Positions 11,601 to 21,600 of a stretch of DNA of 64,000 nucleotides are shown piece after piece. The stretch is from positions 43,115 to 107,114 of IMG/VR virus record IMGVR_UViG_2872351278_000001. The stretch is one strand, 5' to 3'. Each line of letters opens with the position of its first letter. Position 1 is the stretch's first letter. Source of the stretch: a virus. The position numbers and the translations under genes were made by a program. The notes beneath the pieces were generated by a model. That model was not told where the DNA came from. It ran no database searches and was given only the letters and a program-made list of their open reading frames with translations.

Positions 11601-11942
11601 ATAGATTATAAAAATGAAAAAATAGAAAAAAGATACGCTTTGGTTACAAATATAAATACCAAATATACTCCAATTGTAAATACATATTGTTTGAATAATG
11701 GAGCAACTTGTAAATGCAAAATACCTAAAAAGATATGGAATAATACTGGTGAAATACAAGAAAATAATATAATTTATATACATTCAATGGAAAAGAAATT
11801 TGGATGGAAAAAGGTTGGTGAAAAAACTGATAAAAAGGGTAATATAAAACCAGTATTTGAAGTAGATGAAAATAAAATCGAGTGGCACATTACTAATTAT
11901 TCATTAATACCTAATATGGAGGAGATATTAAAAGAACTTTAA
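8628..11942 (+). CDS. dnaE: DNA polymerase III alpha subunit
   Basis: PHP domain HCHTMYS..TEHG; SRGSCSGS, ADIDTD, HPCG, KLDLLGL, LVYQEQ. Confidence 0.95.
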   Translation: MSNTYTLTHCHTMYSNGVTNIDSVTKYTDYIKEIKNNDTLRIQGICFTEHGSTFEWYKKKCECESNGLKYVHSIEAYVTESLEEKVRDNYHVCLYATDYESFEELNSLASKAFNREDGHYYYAPRITYEELINTSDKILMTTACLGGILNKGNKALKDKFMQFLIDNKHRCYLEIQHHLVKDQILYNKHLYELHIKHSIPLIVATDTHALNSKHAEGREILQKSKSIFFDNEDGWDLTLKSYDELVSLFKQQNIIPDEEIYEALENTNRLYDRIEEFKVDKSYKYPKLYDDSLEVLKEKIYEGIKIKGIDKLSNYESEYIPRIKHELDTYIHNGAVDFLLLDENIKTWARSNNIFPGYSRGSCSGSEIAYLIGITDIDSIKHKMNFERFMNTERVSLADIDTDWSPNHRELVKKYIYGKEELYCADIITFNTVALKGSIRDVCRALYKKDLPKELEEASNRDVKGYGQLTDDTSKKVHNYMDDYLKISNYICENIENDEEKMRKEYPKVFEYVDIINGTIVSIGTHPCGQICSPIPLDGAMGLCSISTCSHPVSMISMKAIDAQNFVKLDLLGLDNIQIINETCELANIERLTPENTPDEECVWQSMAKDNTLIFQWESDSAGAFLKTLLSDKTLNKIKQVNPDFRYVDLVSMGNGAIRPAGASYRNALSNGEFRDNGHEALNRFLAPTMGYLVYQEQIMNFLHEFCGYTMGEADVVRRGFAKKTGTEKFIPKIENGFIKTMKEKYNVDEEESKVLIINFIQVIIDASDYLFSENHAVPYTYIGYIAGYLRYYHMLEFITTALNINKDKEEKTITITQYANSKGVRISSPKFGFAKASYFMSKETNSIYKGVGSIKNLNNKVADELYELSQNNRYSNFLDLLIDIKEKTSCNSRQLEILIKLDYFDCLGKSQKLLTIVNLYAKLYGKKQFNKGKLSDENIILIRRFANKETEKIFKEVDTKKLLEELVVNIPNKDINFKEKLIFQNEILGYIDYKNEKIEKRYALVTNINTKYTPIVNTYCLNNGATCKCKIPKKIWNNTGEIQENNIIYIHSMEKKFGWKKVGEKTDKKGNIKPVFEVDENKIEWHITNYSLIPNMEEILKEL

Positions 11943-11988
11943 TTTTACTAGAGAATATAAAAAATATAGCTAAATTTAAAAATATCTT

Positions 11989-12039
11989 AAACAAATTATT
12001 AAATTAATTCTTGACATTAAAATTTAATAATGATATTAT
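11989..12039 (+). promoter_or_regulatory. sigma-A promoter with conserved upstream element
   Basis: AAACAAATTATTAAATTAAT, TTGACA (12011-16), 17 bp, TGaTATTAT. Confidence 0.75.
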
Positions 12040-12138
12040 AATACTTGTAGGGAGGAAAATCCTTACAAGTATTTTTTATTATAAATAGAAGTCTTAGTGG
12101 TCTATCACACGAGATATTTAGAAGGAGCTGATTGAATT

Positions 12139-12351
12139 ATGAATAACAAAACTACCAAAGAATTATTAAATACAGGATTTAAATTTATTACAAAAACACA
12201 GAATGGATTATATGTTTATGCTAAAATGACAGGATTTGAAGACAACATTCAATATACTTATATTAAAGATGGAGTAGCATTAGGATTAATGACAACCAAT
12301 ATGAATCAGTGTTTTTTAATGAGAAAACTATATGAAACGTTTTTCAAATAA
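12139..12351 (+). CDS. hypothetical protein
   Basis: 70-aa ORF with AAGGAG RBS. Confidence 0.65.
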   Translation: MNNKTTKELLNTGFKFITKTQNGLYVYAKMTGFEDNIQYTYIKDGVALGLMTTNMNQCFLMRKLYETFFK

Positions 12352-12483
12352 AAATTTAAAAAACGCATTTCAAGAATGGCTTGTTTACTGGGTTTAGAGG
12401 GCATAAAAAGCTATTAAAAGTCTAGTTTTAAAGTGATTTAAACAAATTAAATTAATAATATAAGTAAAGAAGGTGATAAATAA

Positions 12484-12783
12484 ATGAAGAGTATATTTAA
12501 ATATAGCGATATAAAATATGAAATTATTCAAGGATATTTTATAGGAGATTATCATTTTCCAAGCATGTATAAGTTTATATCGAAAACAGAACATATAAAA
12601 GAATATGATTTTCCTTATATATTAAATGTAAATGATAAAGTAACTATAGAGGAAATAGGGATAACAAATCTAACCATAGAAAACAAAGTCTGCTTCAAGG
12701 ACAAAATAATATATGAATTAGAAAACAATAAAAAGTGTATTCATTTGAATGATAAAAAGATTATAAATAGAAGGGGCGATTGA
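12484..12783 (+). CDS. hypothetical protein
   Basis: 99-aa ORF with AAGGTG RBS. Confidence 0.6.
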   Translation: MKSIFKYSDIKYEIIQGYFIGDYHFPSMYKFISKTEHIKEYDFPYILNVNDKVTIEEIGITNLTIENKVCFKDKIIYELENNKKCIHLNDKKIINRRGD

Positions 12784-12992
12784 AATCAATGTGTAAAATT
12801 AAAAAAACAAATAATAAGGCTATGACAGAAAATATAAAAGATTCTATTGAGGCGTGCAATAAAATGCAAAATTGTAAAGAATGCGTAAAATCGTATAAAG
12901 GAGTTAATGATGACAAAACATTCATACCATGTAACTTTATTAGAAAAACATATGGCGTGTCAATTTGGGGCTATAAACCTAAAAGAAGGTGA
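12780..12992 (+). CDS. small Cys-rich hypothetical protein
   Basis: 70-aa ORF overlapping the upstream stop; C..CKEC..C. Confidence 0.55.
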   Translation: MKSMCKIKKTNNKAMTENIKDSIEACNKMQNCKECVKSYKGVNDDKTFIPCNFIRKTYGVSIWGYKPKRR

Positions 12993-12997
12993 TTTAA

Positions 12998-13250
12998 ATG
13001 AATAAACCAATATTAATTAAAAAAGAGTTATCAAAAGGCAGTTATAACATCTACGGGAACACTAACTGGTTATTTGTTTATAATTACTTTAATAACTATA
13101 CTAATAGCAAAATATTTTAATATAACAGGACTTATCAATGATGTGACGTTTATTAATGGGATAGATAAACTTATTAAAGATATGATATTTATAAATGGAG
13201 CAGTTATATTCATGTCTTTAATAGAAATTACACGATTAAAATTAAAATAA
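12998..13250 (+). pseudogene. frameshifted small membrane protein gene
   Basis: ATG 12998 with AAGGTG RBS; a +1 shift near 13019-13037 continues as hydrophobic AVITSTGTLTGYLFIITLITILIAK...LKLK* to 13250. Confidence 0.5.
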
Positions 13251-13323
13251 ACAAATTATTAAATTAATATTGATTTTATAAGTAAAATATGGTAATGTAA
13301 GTTTAAAGGAGTTGAAGTAAATA

Positions 13324-13578
13324 ATGAATTTGGCTGAAGAGTTATATAAACAATCAATTAAAAATAGTATAAGTATACCAAAAGACATGATGAATTTCAT
13401 ACAAAAAGAAGTAGAGAATGGATTGACTAGCTTAACAGTTTACAACAATTACTATGATTTTAATAAATATAAGTTAGTAATTGATTGCAAAGAACAACTA
13501 ATAGCAAATGGATTTAAAATTTATAAAGGATGTAGTAGTAATGAGTATATAACGATAAGTTGGGATATGGAGGATTAG
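13324..13578 (+). CDS. hypothetical protein
   Basis: 84-aa ORF with AAGGAG RBS. Confidence 0.65.
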   Translation: MNLAEELYKQSIKNSISIPKDMMNFIQKEVENGLTSLTVYNNYYDFNKYKLVIDCKEQLIANGFKIYKGCSSNEYITISWDMED

Positions 13579-13583
13579 AAAAT

Positions 13584-14099
13584 ATGGTATTAACATTAAA
13601 TAATGGACAATCAGTAACAATATTTGAAAATCAAAATGTATTAAGACAAATAAAAGAGTACATAGATGATGAGATATATGATTTATTAGAATATAAGTAT
13701 GGATTTTTAGAAAATACCAAATCAAATGAATTATGTATCTTAACGGATTTTGATGATTTAAAAGGAAGAAAGATTAAATATTGTTCCGTACATGAATATG
13801 ATTATAGTTATTTTTGTACATTTGATGGAGCTATATTAATGTTTAGAACTTTTGATGATGAATTTAATTCTGAGTTTTGTAGTGAAAAAAGATTCAAACA
13901 AATATTATTAAATTATGAATGGATAAGAACTGATTTAATAAGTCATAATGTTATTTCTACACAATACATAGATGAATTAAAAAGAGAACAAGAAGCAGAA
14001 GATAAAGCTAGAGAACAAATTTATAAGGAACAGGAAAGAAAAAGAAAGTATAATGAATATTTAAAATTAAAAAAAGAATTTGAGGAGGATAATAAATAA
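13584..14099 (+). CDS. hypothetical protein
   Basis: GGAGG RBS before ATG 13584; coiled-coil C-terminus. Confidence 0.65.
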   Translation: MVLTLNNGQSVTIFENQNVLRQIKEYIDDEIYDLLEYKYGFLENTKSNELCILTDFDDLKGRKIKYCSVHEYDYSYFCTFDGAILMFRTFDDEFNSEFCSEKRFKQILLNYEWIRTDLISHNVISTQYIDELKREQEAEDKAREQIYKEQERKRKYNEYLKLKKEFEEDNK

Positions 14100-14103
14100 A
14101 GAT

Positions 14104-14433
14104 ATGATTAAATTTAAATATGCAATTCATAAAGAAACACAAACATTATTTACATATGGAAACTGGTTAAAATATAAAGAGTTCAATGCAGAATTATGGT
14201 TTAGCGTGGAAAGTGTTAAGTTTAAGTATAATCCAATAGATATAATATTATCAAATGATTTTGAAATTATATATGATAATGGATTTACTACAAATGAACT
14301 AAAAGAAATGATGTGGAGTATGGATACTTCCAGTAATGATAATAAATATAAAATAATTGATAAATTAGCTAAGGAGATTAAAACCAGATACAATATAGAA
14401 CAAAGATTTGATGTAAAATGGAGTGATAGATAA
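14104..14433 (+). CDS. hypothetical protein
   Basis: GAGGAGG RBS; coupled to the next ORF. Confidence 0.6.
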   Translation: MIKFKYAIHKETQTLFTYGNWLKYKEFNAELWFSVESVKFKYNPIDIILSNDFEIIYDNGFTTNELKEMMWSMDTSSNDNKYKIIDKLAKEIKTRYNIEQRFDVKWSDR

Positions 14434-14903
14434 TGGAATATATAAGTGCAGAAGAGTTTTTTAAGCAACCAGTGGAGGTACAAGAAGTATTTGTTGCTTG
14501 GTGGCAACCAAGCACAGGAGATTTGATAGGAATAAAAACACAGTGTGTTGATTCATCATGGAATACAGTTACTAAATATAAAGTTAGTTGTGTAAATGAA
14601 GATGATTTATTTAATTATAATTCAAAAGAGGAATTATTAGATAGCCTTAAAGTCATTGGAGGGCAAAGTTATTCTGATAAAACTGTATTACTACCAACAG
14701 AGGGACAATTGAGAAGATTTATTGAGAATAAGACAGAATCTAAGATATTAAAAATATTTTTAAATGAATTTGAAGTAGGAAATGAAACTTTTAAAAGATA
14801 CTGTATACATTTAACTAATTTTAGAATTTTTATGAACCAATCAGAGAATTTACTTCAAGCTTATTGGAAAGTAGCAGTTCAAATTGCAAAGGAAATGTGT
14901 TAA
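14433..14903 (+). CDS. hypothetical phage protein
   Basis: 156-aa ORF, TAATG-coupled. Confidence 0.65.
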   Translation: MEYISAEEFFKQPVEVQEVFVAWWQPSTGDLIGIKTQCVDSSWNTVTKYKVSCVNEDDLFNYNSKEELLDSLKVIGGQSYSDKTVLLPTEGQLRRFIENKTESKILKIFLNEFEVGNETFKRYCIHLTNFRIFMNQSENLLQAYWKVAVQIAKEMC

Positions 14904-14953
14904 AAGACTTATTTTAAATAAATTAAATTATAAATAAGAAAGGAGGTCTAAAT

Positions 14954-16165
14954 ATGAAAGTAAATAGAGTAGAAAAACATAATATCACAAGAGCATCTCC
15001 ATTTTGGAGTTCTTGTGATGAAATGTGCTTTAAATCAAAGAATTTATACAATTATGCAAATTATATAATGAGACAGTCTTTTATATCAGATAGAAAAATA
15101 TACAAAGTTAATGAGTTAGATAAAATGATTAACAAATCAGAACCATACAAAGAATTAGGTTCTCAATCAGCTCAAAGATTATTGAGATTATTAGATAAAA
15201 ATTGGAAATCATTTTTTGTATCAGTTAAAGATTACACAAAGAATCCTAGTAAATATTTAGGTAAACCCAACTTGCCTAAATACAAAGATAAAAATGGTAG
15301 ATATATTTGCGAACTTAAAAATATTCAATTTAGAATAGAAAATGGTTATTTAGTTTTTAGCTTAACAAGATTAAAATCTTATAGTGGATTAATTAAAACC
15401 AATATTAAAGATAAAGTTTTGGGAATTAGAGTTATCCCAAATGGTTCAATATATGTATTAGAAATAGTTTACGAAAAAGAAATTCAAGAACCTAAAGAAT
15501 TTAACAATAGAATATTGGGTATTGATTTAGGAGTTAATAATCTTGCTACATGTGTTAATAATGTAGGAATAAAACCTATCATTATAAATGGCAGACCTAT
15601 AAAATCTATAAATCAATACTATAATAAAAAGAAAGCATATCTACAATCAGATTTAAAGAAAAGGCATAAAAAAGATTGGAGTAATAAACTAGATAGATTA
15701 CAAAGAAAAAGAGATAATAAAATAGATTATTACCTACATTGTGTTAGTAAATCAATAGTTAATTATTGCGAAGGGTTAGATATAACACAAGTAGTTATTG
15801 GACTAAATAAAACTTGGAAACAAGAATCTAAATTAAACAATAAGATTAATCAAAATTTTATATCTATACCATATGATAAATTAATTAATATGATTAAGTA
15901 TAAAGCTAATGAAAAAGGTATAAATGTTATAACTAATGAGGAATCATATACCAGTGGTACGAGTTTTCTTGATAATGAAGAACCAATAAAAGAAAATTAT
16001 AATAAATCAAGAAGAATAAAAAGAGGATTATTTAAGTCTAATAATGGAAAGCTTATAAATAGTGATGTCAATGGTGCTTATAATATTATAAAAAAGGTAA
16101 TACCAAACGCATTTGCTGACGGTATAGAGGGTGTAGATTTACACCCAATAAGAGTTAATGTTTAG
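14954..16165 (+). CDS. tnpB: RNA-guided endonuclease TnpB (IS200/IS605-like family), no tnpA nearby
   Basis: SKNLYNYAN, GIDLGVNN (RuvC-I), EESYTS, NSDVNGAYNI (RuvC-III); strong AAAGGAGG RBS. Confidence 0.92.
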   Translation: MKVNRVEKHNITRASPFWSSCDEMCFKSKNLYNYANYIMRQSFISDRKIYKVNELDKMINKSEPYKELGSQSAQRLLRLLDKNWKSFFVSVKDYTKNPSKYLGKPNLPKYKDKNGRYICELKNIQFRIENGYLVFSLTRLKSYSGLIKTNIKDKVLGIRVIPNGSIYVLEIVYEKEIQEPKEFNNRILGIDLGVNNLATCVNNVGIKPIIINGRPIKSINQYYNKKKAYLQSDLKKRHKKDWSNKLDRLQRKRDNKIDYYLHCVSKSIVNYCEGLDITQVVIGLNKTWKQESKLNNKINQNFISIPYDKLINMIKYKANEKGINVITNEESYTSGTSFLDNEEPIKENYNKSRRIKRGLFKSNNGKLINSDVNGAYNIIKKVIPNAFADGIEGVDLHPIRVNV

Positions 16166-16277
16166 AAATAAATATTATGTACTTATAAAATAGGGCTAAT
16201 TATAATATAAGTTATTTATAAAACCCATTAAATCAGAAGTTTTAAACAAATTAAATATATAATAAGGAGTAATTAGA

Positions 16278-16838
16278 ATGAATAAAAATGATATAGATTT
16301 TTTAAATAATTTACAAAATGAAATGAATACTCAAGACACTTGCTGTCAAGCTGACCCTAGATTTTGGGTTATAATGCAGAAAAAAAGAGTTTATGGCATA
16401 GACGAAGATTATGAAGTTACTGGAACAATAATAACTAGCAGTGATGATTGTGAATTAGAAATAGAAATAGATGACACTAAATCAATTTATAATTTTTTAA
16501 TAGAAGAACTCGAGGTTGACTGTAAATTAATAGATGGATACATACAAGTATACAATGATGAAGAAGATGTTTTATATGATGAAGATGACTTAATTAATTT
16601 TTTAGATAATGAAGGATATGATGAATATAGATTAGTTAATTATAGAGATGAAGAAGAAATTGTTCAAGATACGTTCTTTTTAACCAGAAGGGAATGTGAG
16701 GAACATATAAAAATGAATAGTTATCATTACAGAAACGCACACCCTTACGCAATGACTGCTTGGAGAAGCCCACAAGTGGAAAGGTTATATAAAATACTAC
16801 AAGAAACTAATTGGAATGAATTAAAGGAGGGAAATTAA
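16278..16838 (+). CDS. hypothetical phage protein
   Basis: 186 aa; QADPRFWVI and YAMTAWRSPQ motifs recur in Firmicutes phage ORFs. Confidence 0.7.
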   Translation: MNKNDIDFLNNLQNEMNTQDTCCQADPRFWVIMQKKRVYGIDEDYEVTGTIITSSDDCELEIEIDDTKSIYNFLIEELEVDCKLIDGYIQVYNDEEDVLYDEDDLINFLDNEGYDEYRLVNYRDEEEIVQDTFFLTRRECEEHIKMNSYHYRNAHPYAMTAWRSPQVERLYKILQETNWNELKEGN

Positions 16839-16839
16839 A

Positions 16840-17085
16840 ATGTTTGATTACATAGTGAATTATGATTTAAAAATAGGACAAACCATATTAAATGAAGAGG
16901 TTATGATTAGTTTTGAGAATTATTATGATATAGATTTTAGAGATGAATTCATAATGGATAAATTAAAAGAATTACATAGTGACGAAAAATGTGATGATAT
17001 AATAATAACAGACATTAAAAGTTTAGTAGATAGAAATATTAATGTAGAAAATATTGCAGATAAAAATTGGTATGGAGATATATAA
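16840..17085 (+). CDS. hypothetical protein
   Basis: 81-aa ORF with AAGGAGG RBS. Confidence 0.6.
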   Translation: MFDYIVNYDLKIGQTILNEEVMISFENYYDIDFRDEFIMDKLKELHSDEKCDDIIITDIKSLVDRNINVENIADKNWYGDI

Positions 17086-17126
17086 ACAAATTAAATAAAT
17101 AATATTAGAAGTGAGGGAATTATAAA

Positions 17127-19073
17127 ATGAAAGAAGCATATAGAAACTTAAGTGATAAAGAACAAGCACTATTAAAATTACCAGTGTTCTTTGATGGTTA
17201 TGATAATTTTTATCATCCAATACGTGAAAGTGTAACTAATGCAAGAGATATACTTATTAATTCTGAAGATGGATTAATAGAAGTTATATTACATGATGAC
17301 AACCAAACAATAACTATTAAAGATAACGGTTGTGGTATAATATTGGACGGTGAAAGCAATGGTATTCCAAATTGGGAACATGCATTTTTAATACTTTTTA
17401 GTGGTAGTAAAATGTCAGCAGGTGGAACATCAGGAGGTACAAATGGGTGTGGTAATACTATTATAAATTACTCAAGTGATTTTATGGAAATAACATCTAA
17501 AAGAAACGGAAAAATATATCATATTAAGTTTGTAAGTGGTGGGCAGATAGAAATTCCATTTGAATGTTTGGGAGACACCAAAGAACACGGTACAGAAATA
17601 ACTTTTAAATTATGTAATAAAATATACACTAATACTATATTTAATGAAGAAGAAGTCAAAGGTATTATAGAAAGAATAGTAGTTACAAGTCCAAATATAA
17701 AATCTATATTCAAATATAAACAACAAGAATTTAATTTTAATTTTAATAAATTATCGGATTATCTTGATTATAAAAATTTAGATAGAAAAATAAACGATAT
17801 TGTATTTAACGAAAAAGAGTATGAAAATGAATATTATGACATAGATGAAAGTAAGGATAAAATAGAAAAAACCAAAATAAATCTAGTAGTAAATATGTCT
17901 AATGAATATAATATGCAATATCCTTTTTTAAATGGTATTTATATGCCACAATTATCAGAAAATTTAGTTCGTGATGGTGTTATTGTTGGAATGAAAGAAG
18001 CTATAAACACCTATATAAAAGATAATGGACTATATGATAAAAAAGAAAAACAGATAACCAAACAAGATATTATTGACAGCATATCATATATAGTATCAAT
18101 AGAGTCAACAAATGTGTCTTATACCTCTCAAACCAAATTTTCAACTAAAAAAGAATTATATCTTAATTTATTAAAACAATACATAAAAGATTTTATGCAA
18201 GTGTATTGTATTGAAAACAAAGACGATATAAAAACATTTGTTAATCAAATATTAATCAATAAAAGAGCAAGAGAAAAAAGTGAAGAGACAAAAAAGAATA
18301 TTAAGAAAAAGCTATCTGAAAAAATAAATATATTTAATAAAATAGAAGGACTGTATGAAGCAGAAGAGTCTGATAGTAGTAAAACAATTTTATGTGTATG
18401 TGAAGGGAAAAGTGCATTATCTAGTTTATTGTCTGGAAAAAGAAATGTACACGCAATCTTTCCTTTAAAAGGGAAAATACTTAATTGTTTAAAAGCAAGT
18501 CCTGAATCTATTTTTCAAAATGAGGTTATATTAAAATTATTTAGGGCATTAAATTGTGGTATGGAATTTAAAAATAAATTAAACAAGGAATTTAATTCTT
18601 TTAATATAGACAACCTTAGATATCACGATATATATATTATGGTTGATGCTGATGTTGATGGAATAGGTTCTATATTTCCTTTATTATTAACAATGTTCTA
18701 TAAACTATCTCCAACGCTTATAAAAGAAGGAAGGATTCATATTTGTGAAACACCAAAATATGAAGTAGACTTTGATGATAGAGAAGAATATTTTGCAATA
18801 AATGATGAAGAATTAGAAAAAATAAAAAACGATTTAAACTACATAAAAAATAAAAATAAAATAACTATAAACTATATTAAAGGGTTATCAGAATTAAGTT
18901 CTCATGCCATGGAATTATGCTTAGAAGAAGGGTATAAAAACATAAAAACAATAACAATTGAAGACTTTGATAAGGCTAAAAATACCATAGAATTATTTAT
19001 GGATTCAGTGGTAGAACCAAGAAAAGAATATATATTAACCAATTATAAAAATATAGGATTAATAGAGGAATAA
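17127..19073 (+). CDS. type IIA DNA topoisomerase subunit B (GyrB/ParE-like)
   Basis: GHKL motifs ESVTNA and DNGCG; TOPRIM motifs CEGKSA, FPLKGKILN, DADVDG, YIKGL. Confidence 0.92.
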   Translation: MKEAYRNLSDKEQALLKLPVFFDGYDNFYHPIRESVTNARDILINSEDGLIEVILHDDNQTITIKDNGCGIILDGESNGIPNWEHAFLILFSGSKMSAGGTSGGTNGCGNTIINYSSDFMEITSKRNGKIYHIKFVSGGQIEIPFECLGDTKEHGTEITFKLCNKIYTNTIFNEEEVKGIIERIVVTSPNIKSIFKYKQQEFNFNFNKLSDYLDYKNLDRKINDIVFNEKEYENEYYDIDESKDKIEKTKINLVVNMSNEYNMQYPFLNGIYMPQLSENLVRDGVIVGMKEAINTYIKDNGLYDKKEKQITKQDIIDSISYIVSIESTNVSYTSQTKFSTKKELYLNLLKQYIKDFMQVYCIENKDDIKTFVNQILINKRAREKSEETKKNIKKKLSEKINIFNKIEGLYEAEESDSSKTILCVCEGKSALSSLLSGKRNVHAIFPLKGKILNCLKASPESIFQNEVILKLFRALNCGMEFKNKLNKEFNSFNIDNLRYHDIYIMVDADVDGIGSIFPLLLTMFYKLSPTLIKEGRIHICETPKYEVDFDDREEYFAINDEELEKIKNDLNYIKNKNKITINYIKGLSELSSHAMELCLEEGYKNIKTITIEDFDKAKNTIELFMDSVVEPRKEYILTNYKNIGLIEE

Positions 19074-19094
19074 ATTGTAGAAGGGGTTTTTAAA

Positions 19095-21119
19095 ATGATT
19101 TTAAACAAAATAGATTTTTCAGAAGTTTTTTCAAAAAACTATACAGAATACGCAAAATATACAATAAATAGTAGAGCCATACCCAACCTTGAAGATGGAT
19201 GTAAAATAATACATAGAAGAATAATATGGTCAATGTTTTTAAATAAAAATACGTGGGATAGAAAAAGAATTAAGGCAAATACTGCAGTAGGTCTTACAAT
19301 GGGATTTTCTCCACATGGAAATACGAGTATATATGGAGCAATGGTCAGATTTGCTAATGATAGTGTAAACTTAAATTTAATAGATGGAAAAGGGGCTTTT
19401 TCAAGTAAAACAAGTAGGGACGTTAATGCTGGCGCAGATAGATATGTGGAAGTTAGACTTGCTCCAATAGCAAAAGAGTATTTAAAAGATATTGATAAAA
19501 ATATTGTTGTGATGAAAAACAACTATGATAATACTAAATTAGAGCCTTTATTGTTACCAACTACATTCCCTACTATATTGGCTAATCCTAACTTGGGAAT
19601 TGCTACTGGAATAGCTTGTAATATATGCGGATTCGAGATATCAGATTTAATAGATAATACATTAAACATACTAGACAATAAAGAGTCAAGTTTTATGATA
19701 CCCACATTCCCAACAGGAGGAGAGTTAATATACAATGAAAAAGAACTAATAAATATTAAGAAATTTGGTAGAGGTAAAATAGTTCTTAGAGCGACTTACT
19801 ATTATGAGGATAACAATATTATTATTAGTTCAATCCCTTATACAACTACTAGAGAAGTTATAATAGAAAAGATTATATCTATGGTTAAAAAAGGAAACAT
19901 AAAGGACATAATCGATATAAACGACAACACAGGTAGATGTGGTCTAAAGATAACTATACAGGTTAAAAAGAATTGTGACAAAGACCAGTTAATGTCTGTG
20001 CTATTTAAGAGAACTACTTTGCAAGACACTTTTAATTGTAATTTTAATGTTTTAGATAATGGTATTCCTAAGGTTTTAGGAACTGATGATATTATAAAAA
20101 AATGGATAATATTTAGACAGTCATGTATAAGAAACAAAGTTCAACAAGACATAGACAATAAGAATAATAAATTAAATATACTTTTAGGATTAAAAGAGGT
20201 TTTGTTAGACATAGATAAAACTATTGATATAATTAGAAATGACAATAATTCAAAAGATAGCTTAATAAAGTTATTTGGTTTAAATATGGAACAAGTAGAA
20301 TATATCTTGAATATGAAATTAAGGAATATCAATAAGGACTACATATTAAAACAAATAGATGAGATAGATAATCTTCAAAAAGAAGTTGATTATTTAATTG
20401 AAAATATAAATAATATAGAATATATAAATGAATTAATCAAAGAAGATTTAGTAAGAGTAAAAAAAGAATATTTATATAAAAGGCAAACAGAAATAATTTA
20501 TGAAGACACTATAGCTGAAATAAAACAGGAAGATTTAATAGAAGATTATACAACAACTTTAGTATTAACTGAACAACAATATTTTAAAAAGACAAAGAAA
20601 TACAGTGAAAATCAAAAACTAAAAGAAGATGACAATATAAAAACAATTATACAAGATTCAAATAAAAATAAAGTAATGTTCTTATCTGACAAAGGAAATA
20701 TGTATCTTAATAACCTATATGAATTAGATGAAAACACACCATCTTCATTAGGACAATATCTTCCTAATTTACTACCATTAGATAAAGACGAAACAATATT
20801 AGGTATGATTAGTAGTAATGATTATAATGGATATGTGCTAATAATATATGAAGATGGTCATGCTGTAAAAATACCATTATCATCATATAAAACTAAAACA
20901 AACAGAAGTAAGTTATCTAATTGTCTAGCTGACATAAAACCAATTTTAATTACTCAAATAATAGATTGTGCTGAAATTGAATTAACTGATACCTTTGATA
21001 AGACTAAAATAATTAAAACTGAGGCTATTCCTATTAAATCATCAAGGAATAGCCAAGGTAAGAATATGTGGAGTTCTAAAAAACAAGGATTTAAAGTAGT
21101 TTCAGCCCAAATAATTTAA
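19095..21119 (+). CDS. type IIA DNA topoisomerase subunit A (GyrA/ParC-like)
   Basis: RAIPNLEDGCK..HRR, PHG, catalytic ADRYVE, GIATG, PTFPTGG; short CTD. Confidence 0.92.
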   Translation: MILNKIDFSEVFSKNYTEYAKYTINSRAIPNLEDGCKIIHRRIIWSMFLNKNTWDRKRIKANTAVGLTMGFSPHGNTSIYGAMVRFANDSVNLNLIDGKGAFSSKTSRDVNAGADRYVEVRLAPIAKEYLKDIDKNIVVMKNNYDNTKLEPLLLPTTFPTILANPNLGIATGIACNICGFEISDLIDNTLNILDNKESSFMIPTFPTGGELIYNEKELINIKKFGRGKIVLRATYYYEDNNIIISSIPYTTTREVIIEKIISMVKKGNIKDIIDINDNTGRCGLKITIQVKKNCDKDQLMSVLFKRTTLQDTFNCNFNVLDNGIPKVLGTDDIIKKWIIFRQSCIRNKVQQDIDNKNNKLNILLGLKEVLLDIDKTIDIIRNDNNSKDSLIKLFGLNMEQVEYILNMKLRNINKDYILKQIDEIDNLQKEVDYLIENINNIEYINELIKEDLVRVKKEYLYKRQTEIIYEDTIAEIKQEDLIEDYTTTLVLTEQQYFKKTKKYSENQKLKEDDNIKTIIQDSNKNKVMFLSDKGNMYLNNLYELDENTPSSLGQYLPNLLPLDKDETILGMISSNDYNGYVLIIYEDGHAVKIPLSSYKTKTNRSKLSNCLADIKPILITQIIDCAEIELTDTFDKTKIIKTEAIPIKSSRNSQGKNMWSSKKQGFKVVSAQII

Positions 21120-21136
21120 TCTTCAAAAAATACTTT

Positions 21137-21186
21137 AAATAAATTATTAAATTAATGTTGACAATAAAAAGTAGATGCTGTATAAT
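21137..21186 (+). promoter_or_regulatory. consensus sigma-A promoter with conserved upstream element
   Basis: AAATAAATTATTAAATTAAT, TTGACA (21158-63), 17 bp, TATAAT (21181-86). Confidence 0.8.
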
Positions 21187-21245
21187 AAAATCATGGTAAG
21201 GGAGTTAAATAAAACCAAACAAACTTACCATGATAAAGAAAGGAA

Positions 21246-21548
21246 GTGAGGATAGTGTTACCTTTTGAAATAATATTAGCAATAAAAAGCTACTGTGATG
21301 ACGACTTAAAAGAAACAGTAGAAGAAACTAATGATTTAATAGGACAAATATTAAATAACCCTAGAAAGTTTGCATATGACTTGTCAAATGAGTTAGAAGA
21401 GTTTTGTGATATACAAGATATTTGTACAAACTGTGGTAATCAGATAACTTATGAAACATATAAAGAAGATAGAGGCGAATACTTAGGAAGTCCATGTAGT
21501 GAGAATGTTACATATAAAAAGTGTCAAAATTGTGGAATGATAGAATAA
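21246..21548 (+). CDS. Zn-ribbon hypothetical protein
   Basis: CTNCG...CQNCG. Confidence 0.6.
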   Translation: MRIVLPFEIILAIKSYCDDDLKETVEETNDLIGQILNNPRKFAYDLSNELEEFCDIQDICTNCGNQITYETYKEDRGEYLGSPCSENVTYKKCQNCGMIE

Positions 21549-21600
21549 ACAAATTAAACAAATAATATTATTAATATATGAAAGAGAGTGTGTAAAAAGT

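Noticed and set aside
8628..11942. Intein or intron in dnaE (also checked dnaB, topoisomerase and ligA)
   Set aside because: Lengths are normal and no C...HN/C intein signatures or frame breaks were seen
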